From positions 1 through 45,893 of the forward strand of contig JBDGQO010000063.1 of NCBI GenBank assembly GCA_042219045.1: 45,893 bases of DNA, given 5' to 3'. Positions 1 through 8,707 of this stretch are shown piece by piece. This stretch comes from Candidatus Bipolaricaulia bacterium. GTDB taxonomy: Bacteria; Bipolaricaulota; Bipolaricaulia; RBG-16-55-9. The translations under genes and the position numbers were made by a program. The notes under the pieces were generated by a model. That model worked only from the letters and a program-made list of their open reading frames with translations, did not search any database and was not told where the DNA came from. Numbering within the stretch: position 1 is the first letter of the stretch; every line of letters starts with the position of its first letter.

Positions 1-551
1 CGCTACGTCGGCACCATGGTTGCCTCGTGGGCACAGCGCTATCTCTAGAAAGGCTCCTCTAAACGCAGAGGCCAACGGCATCGTCTGGGAAAGCAGGATC
101 GCTTGGCGGTATGGGTCGCTTCAGGCTGCGAATGCCTTGAGGCCGTCCAAGTCATAAATGGTGATTCGGGCGCGGCCTCGAGAAAGGATCCCCATTTACA
201 GACCACCGCACAAGTCGAGTCAACCGATGGTCGACATGTTGGCCCGACCGACAACAACTGACTTGACCGGACTCTCGCGGTGATCAGTAACACCGCGGCC
301 CAACCGCGCCACACCGAACGGGCCATGGGATCCAACCGCCTGACTTACACGTGAGTTGTGGTTCCGCTCAAATGCGGAGAGCGTGTGGATCGTAACCGCT
401 GAAATCTAGCTAAATCTCGGCGTCGGCATGGACGGAGCTGACGGGGCCGCCGGTCAACTTGATCCCTATGTCAGCGATCTTACCGATTCGTGAATGGGAT
501 TGGCGTTAGCGTGGTTTTATCCTCGACGGGCGATAGGGAGGGTCAAGTGCC

Positions 552-953
552 ATGGGCCAATGGACACTCGACCGTGACCATGAGGAAGGGACGCCGCATC
601 GGCGCCAACGGGAGATCGCGACGCTGAACGCCCGTATCCGGGACGAATTCGATCGTCGGTTCGACAGGCCGATCGAAGGAGTTTTGCCCGACGACGACGC
701 CCCAGCAACGAAGGCGTCGTATTTTTACGACGCGATGCGCGACCTCAGCGTGGCGCTCGGCTATGTCATCCTGCGCGAGGACGTCGGTTGGGACACGCTG
801 CAAGCCGAACTGGGGCCATTGTCGATGATGCGAATTCGGCGCGCCATTGCCGCCATCGAAGCTGACCTCCGTCGGTCGAAGTTGGCCGATCGCCCCAAGC
901 AGCTGAGCACTGCCGACGTGATCGGCTATCTAAGCTCGCGCGTTCCCTTTTGA
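552..953 (+). CDS. Hypothetical protein (133 aa)
   Basis: ORF with GGGAGG RBS upstream and natural-looking composition; no family recognised. Confidence 0.6.
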   Translation: MGQWTLDRDHEEGTPHRRQREIATLNARIRDEFDRRFDRPIEGVLPDDDAPATKASYFYDAMRDLSVALGYVILREDVGWDTLQAELGPLSMMRIRRAIAAIEADLRRSKLADRPKQLSTADVIGYLSSRVPF

Positions 954-1233
954 ACCTCCCCACCGTCAAGCCACAGCTGGCGCGTATCCGCGGTTGAACG
1001 GCGGACCATGGCGGGTCCCCACTTTCGCCTGGGGCGATGGGGCCATCGCATTGAGCCGGAACCGGCTCGAAGAATCCCGAAACCGACTGTTCAGCAGATG
1101 CCAGGAAACGAGACCGCGCGGCGTCTGTCGTCGGCCGGCGATTGACGGCGAGGTTGTTCATGGACGGGCCAAGCTGCGCCGGACGAACGGGGCCGGGCGC
1201 ACGTGATCCGTGGGCTTCGCGAGCGCTGCCGAG

Positions 1234-1262
1234 TTGACGGCCTCCCGGAATGGAGCTACACT
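1234..1262 (+). promoter_or_regulatory. Sigma70-type promoter of tRNA-Arg
   Basis: TTGACG-17 nt-TACACT ending 12 nt before the tRNA. Confidence 0.65.
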
Positions 1263-1274
1263 AGGCGTATCCAT

Positions 1275-1350
1275 GCGCCCGTAGCTCAGGGGACAGAGCA
1301 CTGGCCTCCGGAGCCAGAAGCCGCAGGTTCGAATCCTGCCGGGCGTACCA
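1275..1350 (+). tRNA. tRNA-Arg(CCG)
   Basis: Acceptor stem GCGCCCG/CGGGCGT, anticodon arm CTGGC-CT-CCG-GA-GCCAG, T loop TTCGAAT, encoded CCA; 76 nt. Confidence 0.97.
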
Positions 1351-1377
1351 GCTCTTCTAATCGCCCGATCGCAAAAG

Positions 1378-1800
1378 CTATTCCCGCAGCAGCTTCTCCG
1401 TGTCCTCTTTGTGGTTGGTCTCGTCACTGATCAGGTCGTGGAGGTCGTTGGCGAGGCCGTAGTCGCCATAGTCTTCGGCTTGGTGCATGCGCTTGACGTA
1501 GCGCTCAATCGCGCCCTTTTCGGCCTTGTGGACCGCTTCCAGCATCGCGGTGGGCGAGGTTGCGTTGGGCACCTCGACCATCTCCGTCGCCGGAGTGCCC
1601 CCGAGCGCGCTGACCTTTTCTGCGAGAAACTGGGCGTGGCGCTGTTCCTCGGGCACCTCGTTCATGAAAAACTCTTTCAGCTCTTCACGGTACATCCCAC
1701 GCACCGTCGCGGCATACGTGATGTACATGACAATCGATTGGTATTCATGGGCGAGATCCGTGTTCAGTCCGTCTACGAGTTCCTCTTGGCTGGTCGCCAT
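1378..1800 (-). CDS. Ferritin-like / bacterioferritin-family protein
   Basis: Four-helix diiron pattern: LAHEY, EEQRHA, AEKGAI, DETNH. Confidence 0.85.
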   Translation of the reverse strand: MATSQEELVDGLNTDLAHEYQSIVMYITYAATVRGMYREELKEFFMNEVPEEQRHAQFLAEKVSALGGTPATEMVEVPNATSPTAMLEAVHKAEKGAIERYVKRMHQAEDYGDYGLANDLHDLISDETNHKEDTEKLLRE

Positions 1801-2675
1801 GTGATGTCACCTCCGTTGGTGTGGTCCCAGAATATCCCATTTTGCGTCTCGATTGCAAGGCGGTTTGCCCGTTCAAATGCGCTTTCCAGATGATCGAGAT
1901 CGCGGTCGAGCGCGCGGAGATGGGCGACCACGGCATGGACCTCATCGCGGATGCGGTCCGCATTCGTCGCGACGATATCGCGCCACACGTCGGCAGACGC
2001 CCTGGCCAAGCGGAGCCAATCGTCCCCGCCTGTGGCCAGGAGCCGGCGATAGGCGTCGTCGTCGGCGGCTCCCTCGTCGAGGCGCGCGCCGAGCGCGATC
2101 GCCAGCAGCTGAGGTAGATGGCTCGTTGCCGCGACAACGCGGTCGTGGTCCGACGGATTCAGCTCGGTCACTCGGGCTCCGAGCTTCCCCAAGAACGCTC
2201 CCAGTTCGGCCATGGAAGCTGAGTCGCCGCCCGTCAAGACCCACGTCCGATCCCGGAAAAGCCCAGTTCGTGCAGCGTCAATTCCGGCACGATCGGAACC
2301 GGCCAACGGGTGCCCGCCGATGAAGCGCTCGCCCAGCGCCGCGCGGCCCCGCTGATGGATCGCTCGCTTGGTGGATCCGACGTCGGTGACGAGAGCTTCC
2401 TCGTCCAAGAGCTCCGGAAGGCGTTCCAGCTGCTCCAGGATGACCGAGACGGGCGTGGCGAGCACAACCAAGTCAGCGCCCGGGATACCGTCAGTCCATG
2501 AGGAATGGGCATCGTCGATTGCGCCTCGTGCTCGTGCCCGCTCGAGCGTGGCCTCATCCCGATCGATGCCGACGACGTGGATACCAGGGCGGCGTTGACG
2601 GATCGCTAGACCGAGGGAGCCGCCGATCAGGCCAAGCCCGACAATGGCAATGCGCTGGGGCCAGTCAGTCACCAT
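1773..2675 (-). CDS. tyrA: Prephenate dehydrogenase
   Basis: GLGLIGGS Rossmann motif, DVGSTK, GGHPLAGS, HD...SHLP; next to DAHP synthase. Confidence 0.92.
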   Translation of the reverse strand: MVTDWPQRIAIVGLGLIGGSLGLAIRQRRPGIHVVGIDRDEATLERARARGAIDDAHSSWTDGIPGADLVVLATPVSVILEQLERLPELLDEEALVTDVGSTKRAIHQRGRAALGERFIGGHPLAGSDRAGIDAARTGLFRDRTWVLTGGDSASMAELGAFLGKLGARVTELNPSDHDRVVAATSHLPQLLAIALGARLDEGAADDDAYRRLLATGGDDWLRLARASADVWRDIVATNADRIRDEVHAVVAHLRALDRDLDHLESAFERANRLAIETQNGIFWDHTNGGDITWRPAKRNS

Positions 2676-2676
2676 G

Positions 2677-3696
2677 TTAGGCCACCTCCATGGCCATCGG
2701 CGCGTCGCTGCCCGCCATCAGATGATTCGCGAGACGGACCCACATCGGCGGCGTCAGCGCCTGTGGCCCGTCGCTCCAAGCACGAGATGGCTCGGTGTGG
2801 ATCTCGACCATGACGCCGTCGGCGCCGGCCGCGACGCCGGCCAGAGCCAGAGGAGCAACGAGGTCACGATGGCCGGCGGCGTGGCTCGGATCGACGATCA
2901 CGGGCAGGTGCGAGCGCTGCTTTGCAACCGCGATGGCGCCGACGTCGAGCGTGAAGCGGGTGTGATCGTTGAACGTGCGCACGCCCCGCTCACACAGGAT
3001 GACGTTCCGGTTGCCGCCGCTCATCACGTACTCCGCGGCCAGCAGCCACTCGTCGACCTTGGCCGACAGGCCCCGCTTGAGCAACACGGGCACGTCGAGA
3101 CGGCCGGCCTCGTGCAGCAGTTGGTAATTCTGCATGTTTCGCGCGCCGATCTGGACGATGTCCGCGTACTGCGCCACGAGTTCGACCTGCGAGGGGCACA
3201 TCGCTTCCGTGACCACGTGCAGGCCATGAGCGTCGGCCGCCTCGCGCAGAACTTTCAGGCCCGCCTCGCCCAGGCCTTGGAAGCTGTGGGGGGACGTCCT
3301 CGGCTTGAACGCGCCACCGCGCAGGATCGTGCCCCCTTGCTCGGCGACATGGCGCGCGATCTCGTGCGTGCGTTCCGGATGCTCAACCGAGCAGGGCCCG
3401 GCCATGATCGTCAGGCCTCCGTCACCGATTGCCGTCCCGTCCAGATGGATGACCGTCCCGTCAGGATGGAACGCGCAACTGGCCAGCTTGTAGGGCTCGT
3501 CGACCTCGACGACCTCGCGGACGCCCGGCATCGCCTCAAGACGTGTCAGGTCGACGGCATGCTCGTCCCCGATGGCGCCCAGAATGGTATAGGCCACCCC
3601 GCTGGAGCGATGAACGACGAACCCGCCCTCGCGCAAACGGGCTTCCACGGCATCAATGTGTTGGGCCTCGGCATCGGGTTGCATCACAACCACCAT
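2677..3696 (-). CDS. aroF: DAHP synthase, class I-beta, with N-terminal regulatory domain
   Basis: AGPCSVE, RGGAFKPRTSP, IGARNMQN, LLKRG, LCERG, DPSH; ATG at 3696 follows AAGGAGG. Confidence 0.93.
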   Translation of the reverse strand: MVVVMQPDAEAQHIDAVEARLREGGFVVHRSSGVAYTILGAIGDEHAVDLTRLEAMPGVREVVEVDEPYKLASCAFHPDGTVIHLDGTAIGDGGLTIMAGPCSVEHPERTHEIARHVAEQGGTILRGGAFKPRTSPHSFQGLGEAGLKVLREAADAHGLHVVTEAMCPSQVELVAQYADIVQIGARNMQNYQLLHEAGRLDVPVLLKRGLSAKVDEWLLAAEYVMSGGNRNVILCERGVRTFNDHTRFTLDVGAIAVAKQRSHLPVIVDPSHAAGHRDLVAPLALAGVAAGADGVMVEIHTEPSRAWSDGPQALTPPMWVRLANHLMAGSDAPMAMEVA

Positions 3697-3719
3697 ACAC
3701 TCGTCCTCCTTCAAGCTAT

Positions 3720-3752
3720 AACAAACACATGGCTTCCCTCACGGAGGGATGC
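3720..3752 (-). terminator. Putative attenuator terminator upstream of aroF
   Basis: Minus-strand hairpin TCCCTC-CGT-GAGGGA followed by an interrupted U-rich tail ATGTGTTTGTT. Confidence 0.5.
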
Positions 3753-3793
3753 GAACGCCAAACGGCTCGGATGTCGGCTGGGGAGTTGGGTAT

Positions 3794-3922
3794 TTAAGCG
3801 CTCGGATAGCGCCAGCTATAGCCGAGATAGGAGGACGGCCAATACCAGAGGTGAGCGAAGCGGATGGAGTGGTTCAAACGGGCTTGTCGAACGCGCATGG
3901 GCGACGACTCGAAACGAGCCAT
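3794..3922 (-). CDS. Aromatic-rich leader peptide (42 aa) MARFESSPMRVRQARLNHSIRFAHLWYWPSSYLGYSWRYPSA
   Basis: Translated by hand (below ORF-track cutoff); SD GAGGTGA just upstream; 3 Trp, 4 Tyr, 2 Phe; sits directly upstream of aroF-tyrA. Confidence 0.8.
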   Translation of the reverse strand: MARFESSPMRVRQARLNHSIRFAHLWYWPSSYLGYSWRYPSA

Positions 3923-3955
3923 GAGACTCACCTCTCAGTGGTTGAGTGACTCCAC

Positions 3956-3984
3956 AAGTTAGAGACATCACCGGCCCTTGTCAA
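3956..3984 (-). promoter_or_regulatory. Sigma70-type promoter of the leader-aroF-tyrA transcript
   Basis: TTGACA-17 nt-TAACTT, with -35 overlapping the chrA stop. Confidence 0.6.
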
Positions 3985-5123
3985 AGGAGCCCCACCCGGG
4001 TGAGGGCATAGCCGGCCATGGCGCCGCCGAGGACGACCCAGGTCGTGTTGACGCGAAAGCCGATCACGGCCACGGCGGAGGCCAGCGCAATCCCGAGCGC
4101 GGCCGGCTGGGCCAACGCGCTCAGGCCGAGCTCGATCGTGACGGCGACCATCAGCCCCAAGGCGCTCACGTTGACCGCGTCCAGGAACGCTGATGTCGTT
4201 GGGCTCCGTCGCAGCTTCGGCACGAGCGGATTGAGCACGCGGACGAACGCGAACGAGGGCAGGAAAATCCCCGCCGTGGCGACGACTGCTCCCGGCAGAC
4301 CGGCCACGACGTAGCCGACAAAGGTAGCGGTGGAGAGCACCGGCCCCGGCGTGAACTGCCCAACGGCGATGGCGTCCAACAACTGGGCCTGAGTTAGCCA
4401 TTCCAGGCGCCCGACGAGGTCGCCCTCGAGGAACGCAATCAACACGTACCCGCTGCCGTAAAGGATCGCGCCGACTTTGAGAAACACCCAGCCGAGCTGG
4501 GTGAGCGAGACGTCCGCGATCGGCTCCAGGAACCCGCCGCTGACAAGCGGTCCGATGGAGAACACGCGGGAGCGCCAGGCGTCGAAGCGCAGCGCCGCGG
4601 TCCCGACGACGGCCCCGCCCGCGAGCGTGACGATCTCGTTGATACCCAGCAGGACGGCTGCTGTGACCGATATGCCCAGTAAAGCCAAAGGAACGTTTCT
4701 GACGGCCTTGCGACCGAGGCGGCTGACCGCTGCCAAGATCACGGCGACCACGGCCGGCTTGATCCCGACGAGGAACGGCTCCACTTGGGGCAGCGTGCCG
4801 TACTCGACGTAGATCCAGGCCAAGGCGGCCGTGATGGCCACGGCCGGCAAGAGAAACGCCGCGCCCCCGATGATCAGGCCGAGGCCGCCGGCGCGGGCGT
4901 AGCCGAGATGCATCATCATCTCGGTGGAGTTGGGCCCCGGAATGAGATTGGTGGCCCCGACGAGATCCAGAAAGTGCTGGCGGCTGACCCAGCGACGCTT
5001 GTCGACGACTTCGTCCTCGAGCATCGCGATGTGGGCGGCGGGTCCGCCAAATGCCGTCAGCCCCAGCTTGCCCATGACGCGAACAACGTCGCCGAGCGGC
5101 CGCTCAGCCCGTCGGTTGCTCAT
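3981..5123 (-). CDS. chrA: Chromate transporter, CHR family (long, two-domain)
   Basis: FGGPAAHIAM, IPGPNS, YGSGYVL, GQFTPGP; hydrophobic. Confidence 0.9.
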   Translation of the reverse strand: MSNRRAERPLGDVVRVMGKLGLTAFGGPAAHIAMLEDEVVDKRRWVSRQHFLDLVGATNLIPGPNSTEMMMHLGYARAGGLGLIIGGAAFLLPAVAITAALAWIYVEYGTLPQVEPFLVGIKPAVVAVILAAVSRLGRKAVRNVPLALLGISVTAAVLLGINEIVTLAGGAVVGTAALRFDAWRSRVFSIGPLVSGGFLEPIADVSLTQLGWVFLKVGAILYGSGYVLIAFLEGDLVGRLEWLTQAQLLDAIAVGQFTPGPVLSTATFVGYVVAGLPGAVVATAGIFLPSFAFVRVLNPLVPKLRRSPTTSAFLDAVNVSALGLMVAVTIELGLSALAQPAALGIALASAVAVIGFRVNTTWVVLGGAMAGYALTRVGLL

Positions 5124-6360
5124 GGGCGCCCTTGGGGCGATGGGTTTCCGGGAGATAGCGCAACGCCATCCAGCCCGCGATGGTGAAGACGAGCGCCGTG
5201 CTGATAAAGACCGCGCGCAAGCCGAATAGCGTCACAACGGCCGAGCCGAGCATCGGGGCGACGACGCGCGCGCCGGAGTTGATGGAGTTGTCGAGGCCGT
5301 AGACGGAGCCCTCTTCGCCGATCGTGGTGTAGTTGGCCAGCATGGCGCTGATGAGGGGGATGACCCCGCCCAGCGCGACGCCGACGATCGCCTGCAAGGC
5401 CACGAGCTGCCAGGCCGCGCCCACGAGGCTCTGCGGAATGTAGAGCAACCCGGCCGCGAGCGTGGCCACGACGACGATCTTGCGCTGGCCGATCCGATCG
5501 CTGAGGCGCCCGAGGAAGACGCCACTGATGGACGTCGTCACCATGACCGAGCCGATGACGAGCCCCGTCATGCTGTTGACGAGCGCGTCCGGCGGCATGA
5601 GCGAGGCGACGAACAAGGGAGCGTATGGGAGGATGCTCGTGCGCCCCAACTGGGCCATGAATCGCATCAGGTAAGCAATCTTGACGCCGGGCGTGGCGAG
5701 CACGCGGCGCCACTTCGTCAGAAAGCCCTCGCGGCTCGGATCGTCGCGGCTCTCCTGGCGTTCCGCGTGTTCGCGCACCCCGAAAAGAACGAGGAGGCCA
5801 CCGAGCGCCAACAAGCCGGATGTGATATAGAAGACAGCGTGGTAGCCGAAGACGTCGGCCATGCCGCCGCCGAGCAACGGGCCCACGGAGATGCCCACGA
5901 ACAGCCCCATCTGGAGCAGCCCCATGGCGTAGCCGACCCGCTCCCGCGGCGCCTCCGCGGCGACGAGCGCGTTGGCGGCCGCGACCGTGCCCGTGATGAG
6001 CCCCTGGATGGCCCGGACGATTACGACCTGCTCGCCGCTGGTGACGAACGCCAAGAGGATGAGCACGAGCGCGCCGCCGAACATGGCCCGCACGACCATG
6101 AGCTTGCGCCCGACGCGATCCGCCAGCGAGCCCCAAACGGGCGAAATGAGCATCATCGTCAGGGCCTGGCCGGAGTAGGCGAGCCCGGCCAACAGCTCGA
6201 TCGACAGGCCCGTCGTCGAGCCCAGATCCTCGATGTAGAGCGGCAGGAAGGGGACAAAGATGGAGAAGCCGACCGCCGTCAACAGCTGGGCAGCGAACAT
6301 GATGTAGAGCGTCCGCCGCCAGGGCGTCGCGATGGCGGCTCGCAGACGTTGGGGTATCAC
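5104..6360 (-). CDS. MFS transporter, DHA1/MdtG-like
   Basis: Motif A GSLADRVGRK and GRLSDRIGQR; about 12 hydrophobic segments. Confidence 0.9.
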   Translation of the reverse strand: MIPQRLRAAIATPWRRTLYIMFAAQLLTAVGFSIFVPFLPLYIEDLGSTTGLSIELLAGLAYSGQALTMMLISPVWGSLADRVGRKLMVVRAMFGGALVLILLAFVTSGEQVVIVRAIQGLITGTVAAANALVAAEAPRERVGYAMGLLQMGLFVGISVGPLLGGGMADVFGYHAVFYITSGLLALGGLLVLFGVREHAERQESRDDPSREGFLTKWRRVLATPGVKIAYLMRFMAQLGRTSILPYAPLFVASLMPPDALVNSMTGLVIGSVMVTTSISGVFLGRLSDRIGQRKIVVVATLAAGLLYIPQSLVGAAWQLVALQAIVGVALGGVIPLISAMLANYTTIGEEGSVYGLDNSINSGARVVAPMLGSAVVTLFGLRAVFISTALVFTIAGWMALRYLPETHRPKGAHEQPTG

Positions 6361-6442
6361 GGGTTATCCATGGTGGCAGACGGATTTGTCCGCAGACAAC
6401 TGCCCGTCAGCGCGATCGGGGCGGCGAGGCTCCTCTCGGTCG

Positions 6443-7546
6443 TCAGACGAGGATCCGGCCGTCTTGGGCGAACATCGTGCCGTCGACGGCAATGGCGCCC
6501 CCCTCACGCAGGTCACAGATCATGTCCCAGTGGATGGCGGAATCGTTCCGGCTTCCCGTATCGGGATACCCCTGGCCAAGCGCCAGATGGACCGTCCCGC
6601 CGATCTTCTCGTCGAAGAGGATGTTCTTGCTGAAGCGCTGGATGCCCGGATTCGTCCCGATGGCAAACTCGCCGACGTAACGGGCGCCTTCGTCGGCCTC
6701 GAGCATCCGGTGGAGAAACGCCTCATTCTTGGTGGCCGTGGCGTCCACGACCTCCCCGGCCTCGAACGTTAACTGGACGCCTTCGACCTCGCGGCCCTGG
6801 TAGACGGCCGGAAACGAAAAGCGGATGTGGCCGTCGACGCTGTCCTCAAGCGGCGCCGTGAAGATTTCCCCATCGGGAAAGTTGCGCCGTCCGTCGGCGT
6901 TGATCCAGACGCGATCTCGGATGCTCAACCTCAGGTCAGTTCCTGGCCCCGTGAGATGGACGTCGGACTTCTCACGGATCCAATCGATGAGGCGCTGCTG
7001 GTCCGCGGAGAGTCGTTTCCATGCCTGGATGGGATCATCGCGATTCAGCAGCCCGGCGCCGAAGACGAAGGTTTCGAACTCCGCCAAGGACATCTCGGCG
7101 TCTTGGGCATAGGCGGGGGTCGGGAACAGCGTCAACGTCCAGTCGAGTTCCCCTTGGGCAGTCCGTTCCATAAAGCGCGTCTGGAGGCGTTGCGCGGCGC
7201 CCGCTCGCTTGGCCTGTTTCGACGGGTCGACGTTGCTGAGGGCCTTCGTGTTCGTCTGGGCCAGCACGTTGATCTGGGCGTCGGTCTGTTCCACGAGCGC
7301 CTCGCTGATCGGCGAGATGTAGGTGAGTTGGGCCTCGTTGGCGAGCCGATAGAAGATCTCGTCCGTCTCGGCGGGTCGACTGATCAACAGCGGATGCGCG
7401 CCGCGCTCGAGAACGAGCCGATAGAGCGCAAGCAGCAGCGGGGATGCGGCCGTGCCGCCGTTGATCCCGACAAGCTGCTCGGGCTCCACGCCAGCGGAGT
7501 AGTCCACGAGGACGCGGGCGAGCGCGTCGATGCGGGGATCATCCAT
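6443..7546 (-). CDS. Aminopeptidase, peptidase M29 (AmpS/AmpT type)
   Basis: NFPDGEIFTAP, GEFAIGTN, LFDEKIGGTVHLALG, SAIHWDMI. Confidence 0.92.
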   Translation of the reverse strand: MDDPRIDALARVLVDYSAGVEPEQLVGINGGTAASPLLLALYRLVLERGAHPLLISRPAETDEIFYRLANEAQLTYISPISEALVEQTDAQINVLAQTNTKALSNVDPSKQAKRAGAAQRLQTRFMERTAQGELDWTLTLFPTPAYAQDAEMSLAEFETFVFGAGLLNRDDPIQAWKRLSADQQRLIDWIREKSDVHLTGPGTDLRLSIRDRVWINADGRRNFPDGEIFTAPLEDSVDGHIRFSFPAVYQGREVEGVQLTFEAGEVVDATATKNEAFLHRMLEADEGARYVGEFAIGTNPGIQRFSKNILFDEKIGGTVHLALGQGYPDTGSRNDSAIHWDMICDLREGGAIAVDGTMFAQDGRILV

Positions 7547-7578
7547 GTTGGCCCGTTTCGACGTTCAGCGCCGAGCCG

Positions 7579-8052
7579 TCAATGGGGAATGGCACAGTGG
7601 GCCAGCCCGCGCTTTTCCAGGTAGCGCTGATGGTAGTCTTCGGCCTGCCAGAACGTGGCCGCCGGCTCGATGGCGGTCACGATCGAGCGCCGGAAGCAGC
7701 CGCTCTGCTCGAGGTCGGCCTTGGCGCGCTCGGCCGCCTCGCGTTGGGCCTCGTCGTGATAGAAGATCACCGAGCGGTACTGCGAGCCAACATCCGGCCC
7801 TTGGCGATTGAGTTGCGTCGGGTCGTGGACCTCCCAGAAGACCTCCAAGAGCTGATCGTAGGACACGACAGCCGGGTCGTATTCGACTTGGACGACCTCG
7901 GCATGGCCGGTCTTGCCGGAACAGACGTCTTTGTAGCTGGGGTTGTCGGTGTGGCCGCCCATGTAGCCGACGGCCGTGTCGGTGACGCCTTCGACGTTGC
8001 GGAACGTCGCTTCGACGCCCCAGAAGCAGCCGGCTCCAAACGTTGCCTTCAT
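7579..8052 (-). CDS. msrA: Peptide methionine sulfoxide reductase A
   Basis: GCFWG active site, [20 protein letters not shown]. Confidence 0.96.
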   Translation of the reverse strand: MKATFGAGCFWGVEATFRNVEGVTDTAVGYMGGHTDNPSYKDVCSGKTGHAEVVQVEYDPAVVSYDQLLEVFWEVHDPTQLNRQGPDVGSQYRSVIFYHDEAQREAAERAKADLEQSGCFRRSIVTAIEPAATFWQAEDYHQRYLEKRGLAHCAIPH

Positions 8053-8100
8053 GGCGTGGCTCCTTTCGTGATGCCGAACATGGTCGCTTCGTGGACCGAG

Positions 8101-8640
8101 CTAAAATATCATGTGGCTCATCAGGATGGGCATCGCCGAGCTATGGTACAGACGCATCCGATCGTACGTCGAGTCGGGTCGAGTGGCCGCTGTCCAGTCC
8201 CACGTAGCGGGCGCCCGGCGGCGGCGGCGCAGCGGCAGGATTCGGTCCGTGGATGACTCGGACGGATTGGACGGTTGGGGGCTCGATGTTGATCCATGCG
8301 CAGCCCCGGCGATCAGCGCGTCGAGCTGTCGGTTCGCTCGCGCGCGCGTGCTCCATTCACCGGCGACGTGCCGGAGCGGCGTCCGACGTTCGTGGCCTGC
8401 CTCGGCGCAGAGCCGGGCGAACGCGTGATGGATCGCTTCGCCGCGGAGCACGGAGCACCGCTCACGCACCTCCACCGGTCGCCGATACTCGCTCCTCAAG
8501 AGTTTGCGCGCTTCGGTCTCCTGCAGCTCGAGGAACCGTTCAGCCAATCCGGCCTCGAAGACGTCGGCGGTTTGCGGATCGGCCTTAATGGCGTCGAGAT
8601 CGGCTTGGAAATGCCCGCTTAGCGCGTCGTCGCGTTGCAT
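8101..8640 (-). CDS. Hypothetical protein; 3' end may be frameshifted
   Basis: GGAGG RBS before the ATG; N-terminal ~110 aa look protein-like, the tail does not. Confidence 0.45.
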   Translation of the reverse strand: MQRDDALSGHFQADLDAIKADPQTADVFEAGLAERFLELQETEARKLLRSEYRRPVEVRERCSVLRGEAIHHAFARLCAEAGHERRTPLRHVAGEWSTRARANRQLDALIAGAAHGSTSSPQPSNPSESSTDRILPLRRRRRAPATWDWTAATRPDSTYDRMRLYHSSAMPILMSHMIF

Positions 8641-8707
8641 GCCATCCCTCCGTTCGCGACCAGCTTAACACGATGGCGCCAACTCGCCACTGACGTGGGC
8701 CATTTCC

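Noticed and set aside
71..1212. Group I/II intron, RNase P or tmRNA as the identity of the structured regions
   Set aside because: No GTGCG start or domain V, no group I P7 elements, no GAGGAAAGTCC, no tRNA-like ends.
1378..1800. Ferritin-like protein as encapsulin cargo
   Set aside because: No targeting peptide and no encapsulin gene nearby.
3720..3960. T-box riboswitch upstream of aroF
   Set aside because: No T-box motif (TGGNACC) or specifier stem found; the leader peptide explains the region better.
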